Assembly: GCA_002269645.1 (NCBI GenBank)
Contig: NIVC01001901.1
Span: forward strand, 159,564-223,563
Length of the DNA: 64,000 nt
Source: Macrostomum lignano
Lineage: Eukaryota
Direction: 5' to 3'
The notes under the pieces were generated by a model, which was given only the letters and a program-made list of their open reading frames with translations, did not search any database and had not been told where the DNA came from. This document shows, piece after piece, positions 27,701 to 42,017 of this stretch. A program made the translations under genes and the position numbers. Position 1 is the first letter of the stretch. Every line of letters begins with the position of its first letter.

Positions 27701-30700
27701 TTGGCCTCCATTACGTACATGCTCGAGCGATTAGCACATCCATTCTATTCCTTCATCCGTGATGGCTATAGATTAGCAATCCATTTTATTCCTAGCCTCC
27801 ATGTAATAATGGAAGCCTCCATTGGCCTCCATTACGTACATGCTCGAGCGATTAGCACATCCATTCTATTCCTTCATCCGTGATGGCTATAGATTAGCAA
27901 TCCATTTTATTCCTAGCCTCCATGTAATAATGGAAGCCTCCATTGGCCTCCATTACGTACATGCTCGAGCGATTAGCACATCCATTCTATTCCTTCATCC
28001 GTGATGGCTATAGATTAGCAATCCATTTTATTCCTAGCCTCCATGTAATAATGGAAGCCTCCATTGGCCTCCATTACGTACATGCTCGAGCGATTAGCAC
28101 ATCCATTCTATTCCTTCATCCGTGATGGCTATAGATTAGCAATCCATTTTATTCCTAGCCTCCATGTAATAATGGAAGCCTCCATTGGCCTCCATTACGT
28201 ACATGCTCGAGCGATTAGCACATCCATTCTATTCCTTCATCCGTGATGGCTATAGATTAGCAATCCATTTTATTCCTAGCCTCCATGTAATAATGGAAGC
28301 CTCCATTGGCCTCCATTACGTACATGCTCGAGCGATTAGCACATCCATTCTATTCCTTCATCCGTGATGGCTATAGATTAGCAATCCATTTTATTCCTAG
28401 CCTCCATGTAATAATGGAAGCCTCCATTGGCCTCCATTACGTACATGCTCGAGCGATTAGCACATCCATTCTATTCCTTCATCCGTGATGGCTATAGATT
28501 AGCAATCCATTTTATTCCTAGCCTCCATGTAATAATGGAAGCCTCCATTGGCCTCCATTACGTACATGCTCGAGCGATTAGCACATCCATTCTATTCCTT
28601 CATCCGTGATGGCTATAGATTAGCAATCCATTTTATTCCTAGCCTCCATGTAATAATGGAAGCCTCCATTGGCCTCCATTACGTACATGCTCGAGCGATT
28701 AGCACATCCATTCTATTCCTTCATCCGTGATGGCTATAGATTAGCAATCCATTTTATTCCTAGCCTCCATGTAATAATGGAAGCCTCCATTGGCCTCCAT
28801 TACGTACATGCTCGAGCGATTAGCACATCCATTCTATTCCTTCATCCGTGATGGCTATAGATTAGCAATCCATTTTATTCCTAGCCTCCATGTAATAATG
28901 GAAGCCTCCATTGGCCTCCATTACGTACATGCTCGAGCGATTAGCACATCCATTCTATTCCTTCATCCGTGATGGCTATAGATTAGCAATCCATTTTATT
29001 CCTAGCCTCCATGTAATAATGGAAGCCTCCATTGGCCTCCATTACGTACATGCTCGAGCGATTAGCACATCCATTCTATTCCTTCATCCGTGATGGCTAT
29101 AGATTAGCAATCCATTTTATTCCTAGCCTCCATGTAATAATGGAAGCCTCCATTGGCCTCCATTACGTACATGCTCGAGCGATTAGCACATCCATTCTAT
29201 TCCTTCATCCGTGATGGCTATAGATTAGCAATCCATTTTATTCCTAGCCTCCATGTAATAATGGAAGCCTCCATTGGCCTCCATTACGTACATGCTCGAG
29301 CGATTAGCACATCCATTCTATTCCTTCATCCGTGATGGCTATAGATTAGCAATCCATTTTATTCCTAGCCTCCATGTAATAATGGAAGCCTCCATTGGCC
29401 TCCATTACGTACATGCTCGAGCGATTAGCACATCCATTCTATTCCTTCATCCGTGATGGCTATAGATTAGCAATCCATTTTATTCCTAGCCTCCATGTAA
29501 TAATGGAAGCCTCCATTGGCCTCCATTACGTACATGCTCGAGCGATTAGCACATCCATTCTATTCCTTCATCCGTGATGGCTATAGATTAGCAATCCATT
29601 TTATTCCTAGCCTCCATGTAATAATGGAAGCCTCCATTGGCCTCCATTACGTACATGCTCGAGCGATTAGCACATCCATTCTATTCCTTCATCCGTGATG
29701 GCTATAGATTAGCAATCCATTTTATTCCTAGCCTCCATGTAATAATGGAAGCCTCCATTGGCCTCCATTACGTACATGCTCGAGCGATTAGCACATCCAT
29801 TCTATTCCTTCATCCGTGATGGCTATAGATTAGCAATCCATTTTATTCCTAGCCTCCATGTAATAATGGAAGCCTCCATTGGCCTCCATTACGTACATGC
29901 TCGAGCGATTAGCACATCCATTCTATTCCTTCATCCGTGATGGCTATAGATTAGCAATCCATTTTATTCCTAGCCTCCATGTAATAATGGAAGCCTCCAT
30001 TGGCCTCCATTACGTACATGCTCGAGCGATTAGCACATCCATTCTATTCCTTCATCCGTGATGGCTATAGATTAGCAATCCATTTTATTCCTAGCCTCCA
30101 TGTAATAATGGAAGCCTCCATTGGCCTCCATTACGTACATGCTCGAGCGATTAGCACATCCATTCTATTCCTTCATCCGTGATGGCTATAGATTAGCAAT
30201 CCATTTTATTCCTAGCCTCCATGTAATAATGGAAGCCTCCATTGGCCTCCATTACGTACATGCTCGAGCGATTAGCACATCCATTCTATTCCTTCATCCG
30301 TGATGGCTATAGATTAGCAATCCATTTTATTCCTAGCCTCCATGTAATAATGGAAGCCTCCATTGGCCTCCATTACGTACATGCTCGAGCGATTAGCACA
30401 TCCATTCTATTCCTTCATCCGTGATGGCTATAGATTAGCAATCCATTTTATTCCTAGCCTCCATGTAATAATGGAAGCCTCCATTGGCCTCCATTACGTA
30501 CATGCTCGAGCGATTAGCACATCCATTCTATTCCTTCATCCGTGATGGCTATAGATTAGCAATCCATTTTATTCCTAGCCTCCATGTAATAATGGAAGCC
30601 TCCATTGGCCTCCATTACGTACATGCTCGAGCGATTAGCACATCCATTCTATTCCTTCATCCGTGATGGCTATAGATTAGCAATCCATTTTATTCCTAGC

Positions 30701-31915
30701 CTCCATGTAATAATGGAAGCCTCCATTGGCCTCCATTACGTACATGCTCGAGCGATTAGCACATCCATTCTATTCCTTCATCCGTGATGGCTATAGATTA
30801 GCAATCCATTTTATTCCTAGCCTCCATGTAATAATGGAAGCCTCCATTGGCCTCCATTACGTACATGCTCGAGCGATTAGCACATCCATTCTATTCCTTC
30901 ATCCGTGATGGCTATAGATTAGCAATCCATTTTATTCCTAGCCTCCATGTAATAATGGAAGCCTCCATTGGCCTCCATTACGTACATGCTCGAGCGATTA
31001 GCACATCCATTCTATTCCTTCATCCGTGATGGCTATAGATTAGCAATCCATTTTATTCCTAGCCTCCATGTAATAATGGAAGCCTCCATTGGCCTCCATT
31101 ACGTACATGCTCGAGCGATTAGCACATCCATTCTATTCCTTCATCCGTGATGGCTATAGATTAGCAATCCATTTTATTCCTAGCCTCCATGTAATAATGG
31201 AAGCCTCCATTGGCCTCCATTACGTACATGCTCGAGCGATTAGCACATCCATTCTATTCCTTCATCCGTGATGGCTATAGATTAGCAATCCATTTTATTC
31301 CTAGCCTCCATGTAATAATGGAAGCCTCCATTGGCCTCCATTACGTACATGCTCGAGCGATTAGCACATCCATTCTATTCCTTCATCCGTGATGGCTATA
31401 GATTAGCAATCCATTTTATTCCTAGCCTCCATGTAATAATGGAAGCCTCCATTGGCCTCCATTACGTACATGCTCGAGCGATTAGCACATCCATTCTATT
31501 CCTTCATCCGTGATGGCTATAGATTAGCAATCCATTTTATTCCTAGCCTCCATGTAATAATGGAAGCCTCCATTGGCCTCCATTACGTACATGCTCGAGC
31601 GATTAGCACATCCATTCTATTCCTTCATCCGTGATGGCTATAGATTAGCAATCCATTTTATTCCTAGCCTCCATGTAATAATGGAAGCCTCCATTGGCCT
31701 CCATTACGTACATGCTCGAGCGATTAGCACATCCATTCTATTCCTTCATCCGTGATGGCTATAGATTAGCAATCCATTTTATTCCTAGCCTCCATGTAAT
31801 AATGGAAGCCTCCATTGGCCTCCATTACGTACATGCTCGAGCGATTAGCACATCCATTCTATTCCTTCATCCGTGATGGCTATAGATTAGCAATCCATTT
31901 TATTCCTAGCCTCCA
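12741..31915. repeat. 121-bp satellite, left block (about 158 copies)
   Basis: 121-bp periodicity in both the sequence and the ORF track; one CTCGAG per monomer. Confidence 0.99.
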
Positions 31916-34900
31916 CCCACATAACCAAAAACCTCGCCTCCACATCGGGGCGATACCGCCCGGCGATTCGTCTAAACATCGCCGAGCGATCGCCCTCATC
32001 TCGCCGAAATATCGCGGCTGTCCGCAGGGGCGATATCGTCCCGTATCGCCCGGCGATATCGTTTGGCGAGCAATTGGCGATGAATTGACGATACAGTTAT
32101 AATTCTTGTTTAAATGATAGCATTAAAAATGATTGAAAGAATCAACAGACACAGCTCAATACTGCAAATTTATTATTCCATCAGATAGCCTATAGCTTTC
32201 CTTTAAGTCGCTGGAGACGAAAACTCCACAAGTTCTTATTAATGCCTCCCGATTTTTGAATATATATTTTACTTCTAATGATGCTACTTACAGCAGCATG
32301 TATGGTGAAAATTCAGCTATAAATATGCAGCAGGCAGGGAGAGAAAAATATAATATAGGAGAAAAATAGCAATAGTTAGACTTGAGCACTAAAGACTTTC
32401 ATTTGACAAATATTGAAGACAAATGCTGGGCTGGTTGGCAATAAGAAAAAACATACATTTGACAAGTATGATGCATTCTTGTCAGACTCCTCGAATCTTT
32501 AAATGACTCAAAATTCGTAACTTAATAAATTTTTGCCCTTTACAAAACCTAAGCCAAGTCAAAATGACACCCATAACAATAAAATTTCTTGAAAATACTA
32601 GGCTGGCATGAACCCGTCTCAATTTGGTCATGCTAATAGAATGACGGTCATGTCATTACATGACTTGAAGTCTAAGGTGAAAAACCCAGATGACTAAAAA
32701 AACAAAATATTAAATATTTCTGACTTCTTTAACAAGCAATTCGACAGTAAATATTGGTTACTTCACAATGGAAAAATTAAATGTAACAAAGTAAAATTCC
32801 AGTTACTTTGACTTATCATGCTTGTGCAGAATATCACCCACATCAGAAGTATGCAGTTCAGTTAGTCACCAAATAAGTAATTCAAAGGAAGTCTAGAACT
32901 TTAAAATTATTTACCACACTTTGACAGGATGGTACAGGAATGGGCCTCCCAGTCAGTCTCCGGAATTGAACCTTTGCTTCTGAGGACCTTCAGTCATTCA
33001 TTGCTCACTCAAGGCCATTGGCATGTTGGTAGGCTGATAATTCATGCTTTGGGAGCATACTTGACAAACTGGCCCCCAAAATTGAGATTGTAGAACAGCA
33101 TGCAGAAAGGATATAATTGCTTGCATAAATAAAGATGTGAACAAATTTTATTAAACCAGTAAAACTAGCATTTTTGGTCCAAATGATAAAATAACTAGGA
33201 TAGTTCCATTTTATATCAGTTCATAAATTTGTAGCTATAGTCTAAATAGAGGTCTTTTGGTATGGAGAGTTCAAATAATGCATCCATTTTTACTACAAAA
33301 AATAACTAGAATAATCCTAATATCAATGCTAAGTACCATAGCTATAACCTGTATAGGGAACAGGGTGTTAGGGTAGGTAGAAGTGTAATATAATATAGTA
33401 TTAATATAGTATTAGGCCTAGCCTAATCTTTAAAAGAAGCCCACTTTTCTATTTAAGATAAATAGCTACTATAAAATATATTAAAAATTGAGATCTAGTC
33501 AATTTGAAATGACTAGGCCTAGCCCTAGGGTAGCTAACCTAAACACCAAAAACCATGGCATAAGAAAATGGCTAAGTCAAAAATTATAGATATGGAAAAA
33601 TGACAATAAACTATAGCCATATATAGTATAGACTACTAGCTACCTATATTGTAACTGATCTTTAATAGAGACTCACTGTTCTATCTAATTTCAAGATCAA
33701 TGGCCATTATATTCTATAAAATAAGTTTCTAATTAGCATTTAACAATAAGTCAAGGTCTAAAACAAGTTAACCTTAATACTTGGACCATGGGGAATATGG
33801 CCTATGGGTTATGGTTGGAAAGGCCTATTGTTCTATTCAAGAAGATCAATATCACCATTAATAGCTAGGTATAAAAATTTCCACTTGTCAAAAATCCTCC
33901 AAAATCCTAAATTTTACATTAGTAGTAGTATTGACATTTGACAAAAGCAGTTTAAGATTTGGACATCAGCAAGTATTTTATACATCTGATCCTTAATAAG
34001 TCCACAAAAGCTATCTTCTACTTGTAGAATATAGGCTGGAGCTAGTTTAGCTATTTAGAATTTTCCAAAACCTAATCAATGCTAGATCAGGTTGAAATTG
34101 AAATGAACAATGAAGGAAATTTAAGTTAGGCCCTAATCAACTACATTGGCAGTTGGCACTGATCTAAGTTCAGTAATAGTTATAATTTCTCTAAAAGAGC
34201 CAAAATGCATTTGATTTCTAGAAATGTAATTAAAAGTATGCGTCTACCAACATTTCGAGGTGCAAAATTGGCATCTGGATGTGCAAAAGAAATCTAAAAA
34301 TGAAGTACTAAAAACACAGTTTGACAAAATAAAACTCTGAGCACTGGACTACTGTTACTATCTACCACTATTTACCACAGTTTTTTGTTTCACAAATAAT
34401 CTTGAGCGTAAGACATGTATAACATATGTAAAAAGGGAACATGCGATCTGATGATCTGTCTTAATTCGATCAAGACCTCTGACTATAGTTGTGCAGCGTC
34501 ATTTTTAAAAGAGCATACATTTAACGCGTATTTTATCAAATTAATAAATGAATTTTGCAGTCAGAAACACAAAGCAGGACAAGACGACAAAAGAACATAT
34601 TTTTTATTTTTATATATCAAAACTGCAAATTTAACTTGATATACATCTTATTGGCATCAAAGTTTCAAGATGAACTTAAAAACAGCGCCAGCCAACCGCT
34701 AAAATATCGCGCCGCGATGCACGAACTTGTTTATATGTACGGTACGATAGACCAAGAAGATAATGCTAAAACAGAAGAGCATCACTCGCTTGCAACTCAC
34801 CATTCACGAAGTGACCTTAAATTGCGAATTTATAAGTCGAGTGGGCTAAAATACATGTGAATTAAGCATGGATCGCATTCCCAACGTTGTTCTATCGCTC

Positions 34901-35169
34901 GGCGATGGTGCAATTATCGCCAAGGCATCGAAACTCAAGGTTTTGGCGATTTCGCAAGAATGCGCGCAAGATGGGCCAATATAGGTTTGAACTTCGTTTT
35001 AGTGTCTTTTAGACATATATATAGGACTTTAGAGGCAATTTCCTATCGTATTGATTTATCGCCGATCGATATCGCTTAGATATTGCTTAGATATCGCCAG
35101 GCGAGATATCGCCTAATATTGCCACGCGATGGGGACGCAAGCCTTTGGCGAGATTCTTGGTTACGTGGG
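31916..35169. mobile_element. Non-autonomous TIR DNA transposon (CMC/EnSpm-like), 3254 bp, inserted in the satellite
   Basis: TIRs CCCACATAACCAAAAACCTCGCC and CCCACGTAACCAAGAATCTCGCC (reverse complement of the right end). CA duplicated at 31914-15 and 35170-71, where the monomer has a single CA. Subterminal ATCGCC/GATATC clusters; AT-rich interior without a long ORF. Confidence 0.9.
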
Positions 35170-38100
35170 CATGTAATAATGGAAGCCTCCATTGGCCTCC
35201 ATTACGTACATGCTCGAGCGATTAGCACATCCATTCTATTCCTTCATCCGTGATGGCTATAGATTAGCAATCCATTTTATTCCTAGCCTCCATGTAATAA
35301 TGGAAGCCTCCATTGGCCTCCATTACGTACATGCTCGAGCGATTAGCACATCCATTCTATTCCTTCATCCGTGATGGCTATAGATTAGCAATCCATTTTA
35401 TTCCTAGCCTCCATGTAATAATGGAAGCCTCCATTGGCCTCCATTACGTACATGCTCGAGCGATTGGCACATCCATTCTATTCCTTCATCCGTGATGGCT
35501 ATAGATTAGCAATCCATTTTATTCCTAGCCTCCATGTAATAATGGAAGCCTCCATTGGCCTCCATTACGTACATGCTCGAGCGATTGGCACATCCATTCT
35601 ATTCCTTCATCCGTGATGGCTATAGATTAGCAATCCATTTTATTCCTAGCCTCCATGTAATAATGGAAGCCTCCATTGGCCTCCATTACGTACATGCTCG
35701 AGCGATTGCACATCCATTCTATTCCTTCATCCGTGATGGCTATAGATTAGCAATCCATTTTATTCCTAGCCTCCATGTAATAATGGAAGCCTCCATTGGC
35801 CTCCATTACGTACATGCTCGAGCGATTAGCACATCCATTCTATTCCTTCATCCGTGATGGCTATAGATTAGCAATCCATTTTATTCCTAGCCTCCATGTA
35901 ATAATGGAAGCCTCCATTGGCCTCCATTACGTACATGCTCGAGCGATTAGCACATCCATTCTATTCCTTCATCCGTGATGGCTATAGATTAGCAATCCAT
36001 TTTATTCCTAGCCTCCATGTAATAATGGAAGCCTCCATTGGCCTCCATTACGTACATGCTCGAGCGATTAGCACATCCATTCTATTCCTTCATCCGTGAT
36101 GGCTATAGATTAGCAATCCATTTTATTCCTAGCCTCCATGTAATAATGGAAGCCTCCATTGGCCTCCATTACGTACATGCTCGAGCGATTGCACATCCAT
36201 TCTATTCCTTCATCCGTGATGGCTATAGATTAGCAATCCATTTTATTCCTAGCCTCCATGTAATAATGGAAGCCTCCATTGGCCTCCATTACGTACATGC
36301 TCGAGCGATTAGCACATCCATTCTATTCCTTCATCCGTGATGGCTATAGATTAGCAATCCATTTTATTCCTAGCCTCCATGTAATAATGGAAGCCTCCAT
36401 TGGCCTCCATTACGTACATGCTCGAGCGATTAGCACATCCATTCTATTCCTTCATCCGTGATGGCTATAGATTAGCAATCCATTTTATTCCTAGCCTCCA
36501 TGTAATAATGGAAGCCTCCATTGGCCTCCATTACGTACATGCTCGAGCGATTAGCACATCCATTCTATTCCTTCATCCGTGATGGCTATAGATTAGCAAT
36601 CCATTTTATTCCTAGCCTCCATGTAATAATGGAAGCCTCCATTGGCCTCCATTACGTACATGCTCGAGCGATTGGCACATCCATTCTATTCCTTCATCCG
36701 TGATGGCTATAGATTAGCAATCCATTTTATTCCTAGCCTCCATGTAATAATGGAAGCCTCCATTGGCCTCCATTACGTACATGCTCGAGCGATTAGCACA
36801 TCCATTCTATTCCTTCATCCGTGATGGCTATAGATTAGCAATCCATTTTATTCCTAGCCTCCATGTAATAATGGAAGCCTCCATTGGCCTCCATTACGTA
36901 CATGCTCGAGCGATTAGCACATCCATTCTATTCCTTCATCCGTGATGGCTATAGATTAGCAATCCATTTTATTCCTAGCCTCCATGTAATAATGGAAGCC
37001 TCCATTGGCCTCCATTACGTACATGCTCGAGCGATTAGCACATCCATTCTATTCCTTCATCCGTGATGGCTATAGATTAGCAATCCATTTTATTCCTAGC
37101 CTCCATGTAATAATGGAAGCCTCCATTGGCCTCCATTACGTACATGCTCGAGCGATTAGCACATCCATTCTATTCCTTCATCCGTGATGGCTATAGATTA
37201 GCAATCCATTTTATTCCTAGCCTCCATGTAATAATGGAAGCCTCCATTGGCCTCCATTACGTACATGCTCGAGCGATTAGCACATCCATTCTATTCCTTC
37301 ATCCGTGATGGCTATAGATTAGCAATCCATTTTATTCCTAGCCTCCATGTAATAATGGAAGCCTCCATTGGCCTCCATTACGTACATGCTCGAGCGATTA
37401 GCACATCCATTCTATTCCTTCATCCGTGATGGCTATAGATTAGCAATCCATTTTATTCCTAGCCTCCATGTAATAATGGAAGCCTCCATTGGCCTCCATT
37501 ACGTACATGCTCGAGCGATTAGCACATCCATTCTATTCCTTCATCCGTGATGGCTATAGATTAGCAATCCATTTTATTCCTAGCCTCCATGTAATAATGG
37601 AAGCCTCCATTGGCCTCCATTACGTACATGCTCGAGCGATTGGCACATCCATTCTATTCCTTCATCCGTGATGGCTATAGATTAGCAATCCATTTTATTC
37701 CTAGCCTCCATGTAATAATGGAAGCCTCCATTGGCCTCCATTACGTACATGCTCGAGCGATTGGCACATCCATTCTATTCCTTCATCCGTGATGGCTATA
37801 GATTAGCAATCCATTTTATTCCTAGCCTCCATGTAATAATGGAAGCCTCCATTGGCCTCCATTACGTACATGCTCGAGCGATTGCACATCCATTCTATTC
37901 CTTCATCCGTGATGGCTATAGATTAGCAATCCATTTTATTCCTAGCCTCCATGTAATAATGGAAGCCTCCATTGGCCTCCATTACGTACATGCTCGAGCG
38001 ATTAGCACATCCATTCTATTCCTTCATCCGTGATGGCTATAGATTAGCAATCCATTTTATTCCTAGCCTCCATGTAATAATGGAAGCCTCCATTGGCCTC

Positions 38101-40788
38101 CATTACGTACATGCTCGAGCGATTAGCACATCCATTCTATTCCTTCATCCGTGATGGCTATAGATTAGCAATCCATTTTATTCCTAGCCTCCATGTAATA
38201 ATGGAAGCCTCCATTGGCCTCCATTACGTACATGCTCGAGCGATTAGCACATCCATTCTATTCCTTCATCCGTGATGGCTATAGATTAGCAATCCATTTT
38301 ATTCCTAGCCTCCATGTAATAATGGAAGCCTCCATTGGCCTCCATTACGTACATGCTCGAGCGATTAGCACATCCATTCTATTCCTTCATCCGTGATGGC
38401 TATAGATTAGCAATCCATTTTATTCCTAGCCTCCATGTAATAATGGAAGCCTCCATTGGCCTCCATTACGTACATGCTCGAGCGATTGGCACATCCATTC
38501 TATTCCTTCATCCGTGATGGCTATAGATTAGCAATCCATTTTATTCCTAGCCTCCATGTAATAATGGAAGCCTCCATTGGCCTCCATTACGTACATGCTC
38601 GAGCGATTAGCACATCCATTCTATTCCTTCATCCGTGATGGCTATAGATTAGCAATCCATTTTATTCCTAGCCTCCATGTAATAATGGAAGCCTCCATTG
38701 GCCTCCATTACGTACATGCTCGAGCGATTAGCACATCCATTCTATTCCTTCATCCGTGATGGCTATAGATTAGCAATCCATTTTATTCCTAGCCTCCATG
38801 TAATAATGGAAGCCTCCATTGGCCTCCATTACGTACATGCTCGAGCGATTAGCACATCCATTCTATTCCTTCATCCGTGATGGCTATAGATTAGCAATCC
38901 ATTTTATTCCTAGCCTCCATGTAATAATGGAAGCCTCCATTGGCCTCCATTACGTACATGCTCGAGCGATTAGCACATCCATTCTATTCCTTCATCCGTG
39001 ATGGCTATAGATTAGCAATCCATTTTATTCCTAGCCTCCATGTAATAATGGAAGCCTCCATTGGCCTCCATTACGTACATGCTCGAGCGATTAGCACATC
39101 CATTCTATTCCTTCATCCGTGATGGCTATAGATTAGCAATCCATTTTATTCCTAGCCTCCATGTAATAATGGAAGCCTCCATTGGCCTCCATTACGTACA
39201 TGCTCGAGCGATTAGCACATCCATTCTATTCCTTCATCCGTGATGGCTATAGATTAGCAATCCATTTTATTCCTAGCCTCCATGTAATAATGGAAGCCTC
39301 CATTGGCCTCCATTACGTACATGCTCGAGCGATTGCACATCCATTCTATTCCTTCATCCGTGATGGCTATAGATTAGCAATCCATTTTATTCCTAGCCTC
39401 CATGTAATAATGGAAGCCTCCATTGGCCTCCATTACGTACATGCTCGAGCGATTAGCACATCCATTCTATTCCTTCATCCGTGATGGCTATAGATTAGCA
39501 ATCCATTTTATTCCTAGCCTCCATGTAATAATGGAAGCCTCCATTGGCCTCCATTACGTACATGCTCGAGCGATTAGCACATCCATTCTATTCCTTCATC
39601 CGTGATGGCTATAGATTAGCAATCCATTTTATTCCTAGCCTCCATGTAATAATGGAAGCCTCCATTGGCCTCCATTACGTACATGCTCGAGCGATTAGCA
39701 CATCCATTCTATTCCTTCATCCGTGATGGCTATAGATTAGCAATCCATTTTATTCCTAGCCTCCATGTAATAATGGAAGCCTCCATTGGCCTCCATTACG
39801 TACATGCTCGAGCGATTAGCACATCCATTCTATTCCTTCATCCGTGATGGCTATAGATTAGCAATCCATTTTATTCCTAGCCTCCATGTAATAATGGAAG
39901 CCTCCATTGGCCTCCATTACGTACATGCTCGAGCGATTGGCACATCCATTCTATTCCTTCATCCGTGATGGCTATAGATTAGCAATCCATTTTATTCCTA
40001 GCCTCCATGTAATAATGGAAGCCTCCATTGGCCTCCATTACGTACATGCTCGAGCGATTAGCACATCCATTCTATTCCTTCATCCGTGATGGCTATAGAT
40101 TAGCAATCCATTTTATTCCTAGCCTCCATGTAATAATGGAAGCCTCCATTGGCCTCCATTACGTACATGCTCGAGCGATTAGCACATCCATTCTATTCCT
40201 TCATCCGTGATGGCTATAGATTAGCAATCCATTTTATTCCTAGCCTCCATGTAATAATGGAAGCCTCCATTGGCCTCCATTACGTACATGCTCGAGCGAT
40301 TAGCACATCCATTCTATTCCTTCATCCGTGATGGCTATAGATTAGCAATCCATTTTATTCCTAGCCTCCATGTAATAATGGAAGCCTCCATTGGCCTCCA
40401 TTACGTACATGCTCGAGCGATTAGCACATCCATTCTATTCCTTCATCCGTGATGGCTATAGATTAGCAATCCATTTTATTCCTAGCCTCCATGTAATAAT
40501 GGAAGCCTCCATTGGCCTCCATTACGTACATGCTCGAGCGATTAGCACATCCATTCTATTCCTTCATCCGTGATGGCTATAGATTAGCAATCCATTTTAT
40601 TCCTAGCCTCCATGTAATAATGGAAGCCTCCATTGGCCTCCATTACGTACATGCTCGAGCGATTAGCACATCCATTCTATTCCTTCATCCGTGATGGCTA
40701 TAGATTAGCAATCCATTTTATTCCTAGCCTCCATGTAATAATGGAAGCCTCCATTGGCCTCCATTACGTACATGCTCGAGCGATTAGC
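35170..40788. repeat. 121-bp satellite, right block (about 46 copies)
   Basis: Same monomer resumes in register after the insertion and ends at GATTAGC (40788). Confidence 0.99.
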
Positions 40789-42017
40789 GTTCTTTTCGTT
40801 CATCCATTCACTCCGAATTGAAGCCTATTTTAAGCTTTCTGATTGTGTTCTACAAATCCAATGATTTGTTTGTAAAAAACTTTTATTGACTATAGGTTAG
40901 CAAATAAAAAATTGAAATGCCTTCTAGATTAGATGGACTTAAAATGATTGACAAAATTTACAAAGATTGAAGCTCTGCACGTGCGCGACCTCGTCGCGTC
41001 TTTGATTGAATTTTGATTTTAATTTGGCAGGCGCACGCAGCCAGCCGAAGGCAATTTCCGCGTCAATATTTTATGCGCGTGACAAGCTGGCACGAAGAAA
41101 TTTTATTGCAGGCATAGGGCCTAATTAGGACAGATAGGTAACAGACAGTTATTGGCTGAGGCCCTACAGGGCTGCACAGGACACTTTTACGGAGTCATTG
41201 TGAGCATCATCGGTAAGAATTTCGACCTAGCTCATATACAGTGTAGTTGTTACCTGGGGAGATTTTAATTTTTCATAAAGCTGTGCTGTGCAAAATTTGT
41301 AATTGAGCTAGCTGACTGACAGACACAGCTGGCAGACAAGCATAATTACATGCAGTCAGACAGTTGAAGACAGGCAGCTTCAAGAGCCTGAATACAATTT
41401 TCATTTTTGATTCATTTATTGGATTTTGTTAACAATTGTATGAACGTTTTTAATGATTATAAATGTAGCCATTGCTCAGAGAGTTTGTTAGGCTACTTAA
41501 AGGGGCCGGCACAGATGCGTAGGCAGATTGCTGCATGACCTAACGAGTTACGAGTAATTTTGCATAGTGCATTGCAAATCCCCAATTCTTTTTCTGACAG
41601 TTCTATTGTCCAATCAACTCTTCCTTTATTGGCCTGACTAAACTTAGACGCCCAAGCTAATACGGCCTCCCCAACCACCCACTGAGCCCGGCGGAATCTG
41701 CTGACCAGACGCCTTGTTCGTTAATCTTCAAATCTGCACACGGTTCTGAGTTCGTTGACTTGTTTAAGTTGTTTATTTCGTTCCCACGGGAAGCTCACCT
41801 CATCGAAGGCCGAGGCCTGAAGGAACTGGTGGCAGCACTACCTACGCTACTAAGATCTACGAAAAAACTTCCAAGAGGAGGCGCGAGATTTAAGGCCACC
41901 TCGAGACAACCCCGAGACAACCCTCAGTGTTTCACTAGTGGCAGCGGTGGGATTCAAAGACCTACCAGGCCACCAAACGAGAACCCTCTAAACACTTCAT
42001 TATTTTATTTAACGAGA

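Noticed and set aside
12741-40788. CRISPR-like array interpretation of the long repeat
   Set aside because: The units are identical end to end with no unique spacers, no cas genes are present, and the context is intron-containing eukaryotic DNA.
12821-40821. Roughly 200 copies of a 60-aa ORF (MASITYMLER...)
   Set aside because: These start at TTG, overlap each other and arise from the 121-bp period shifting frame. There is no coding evidence.
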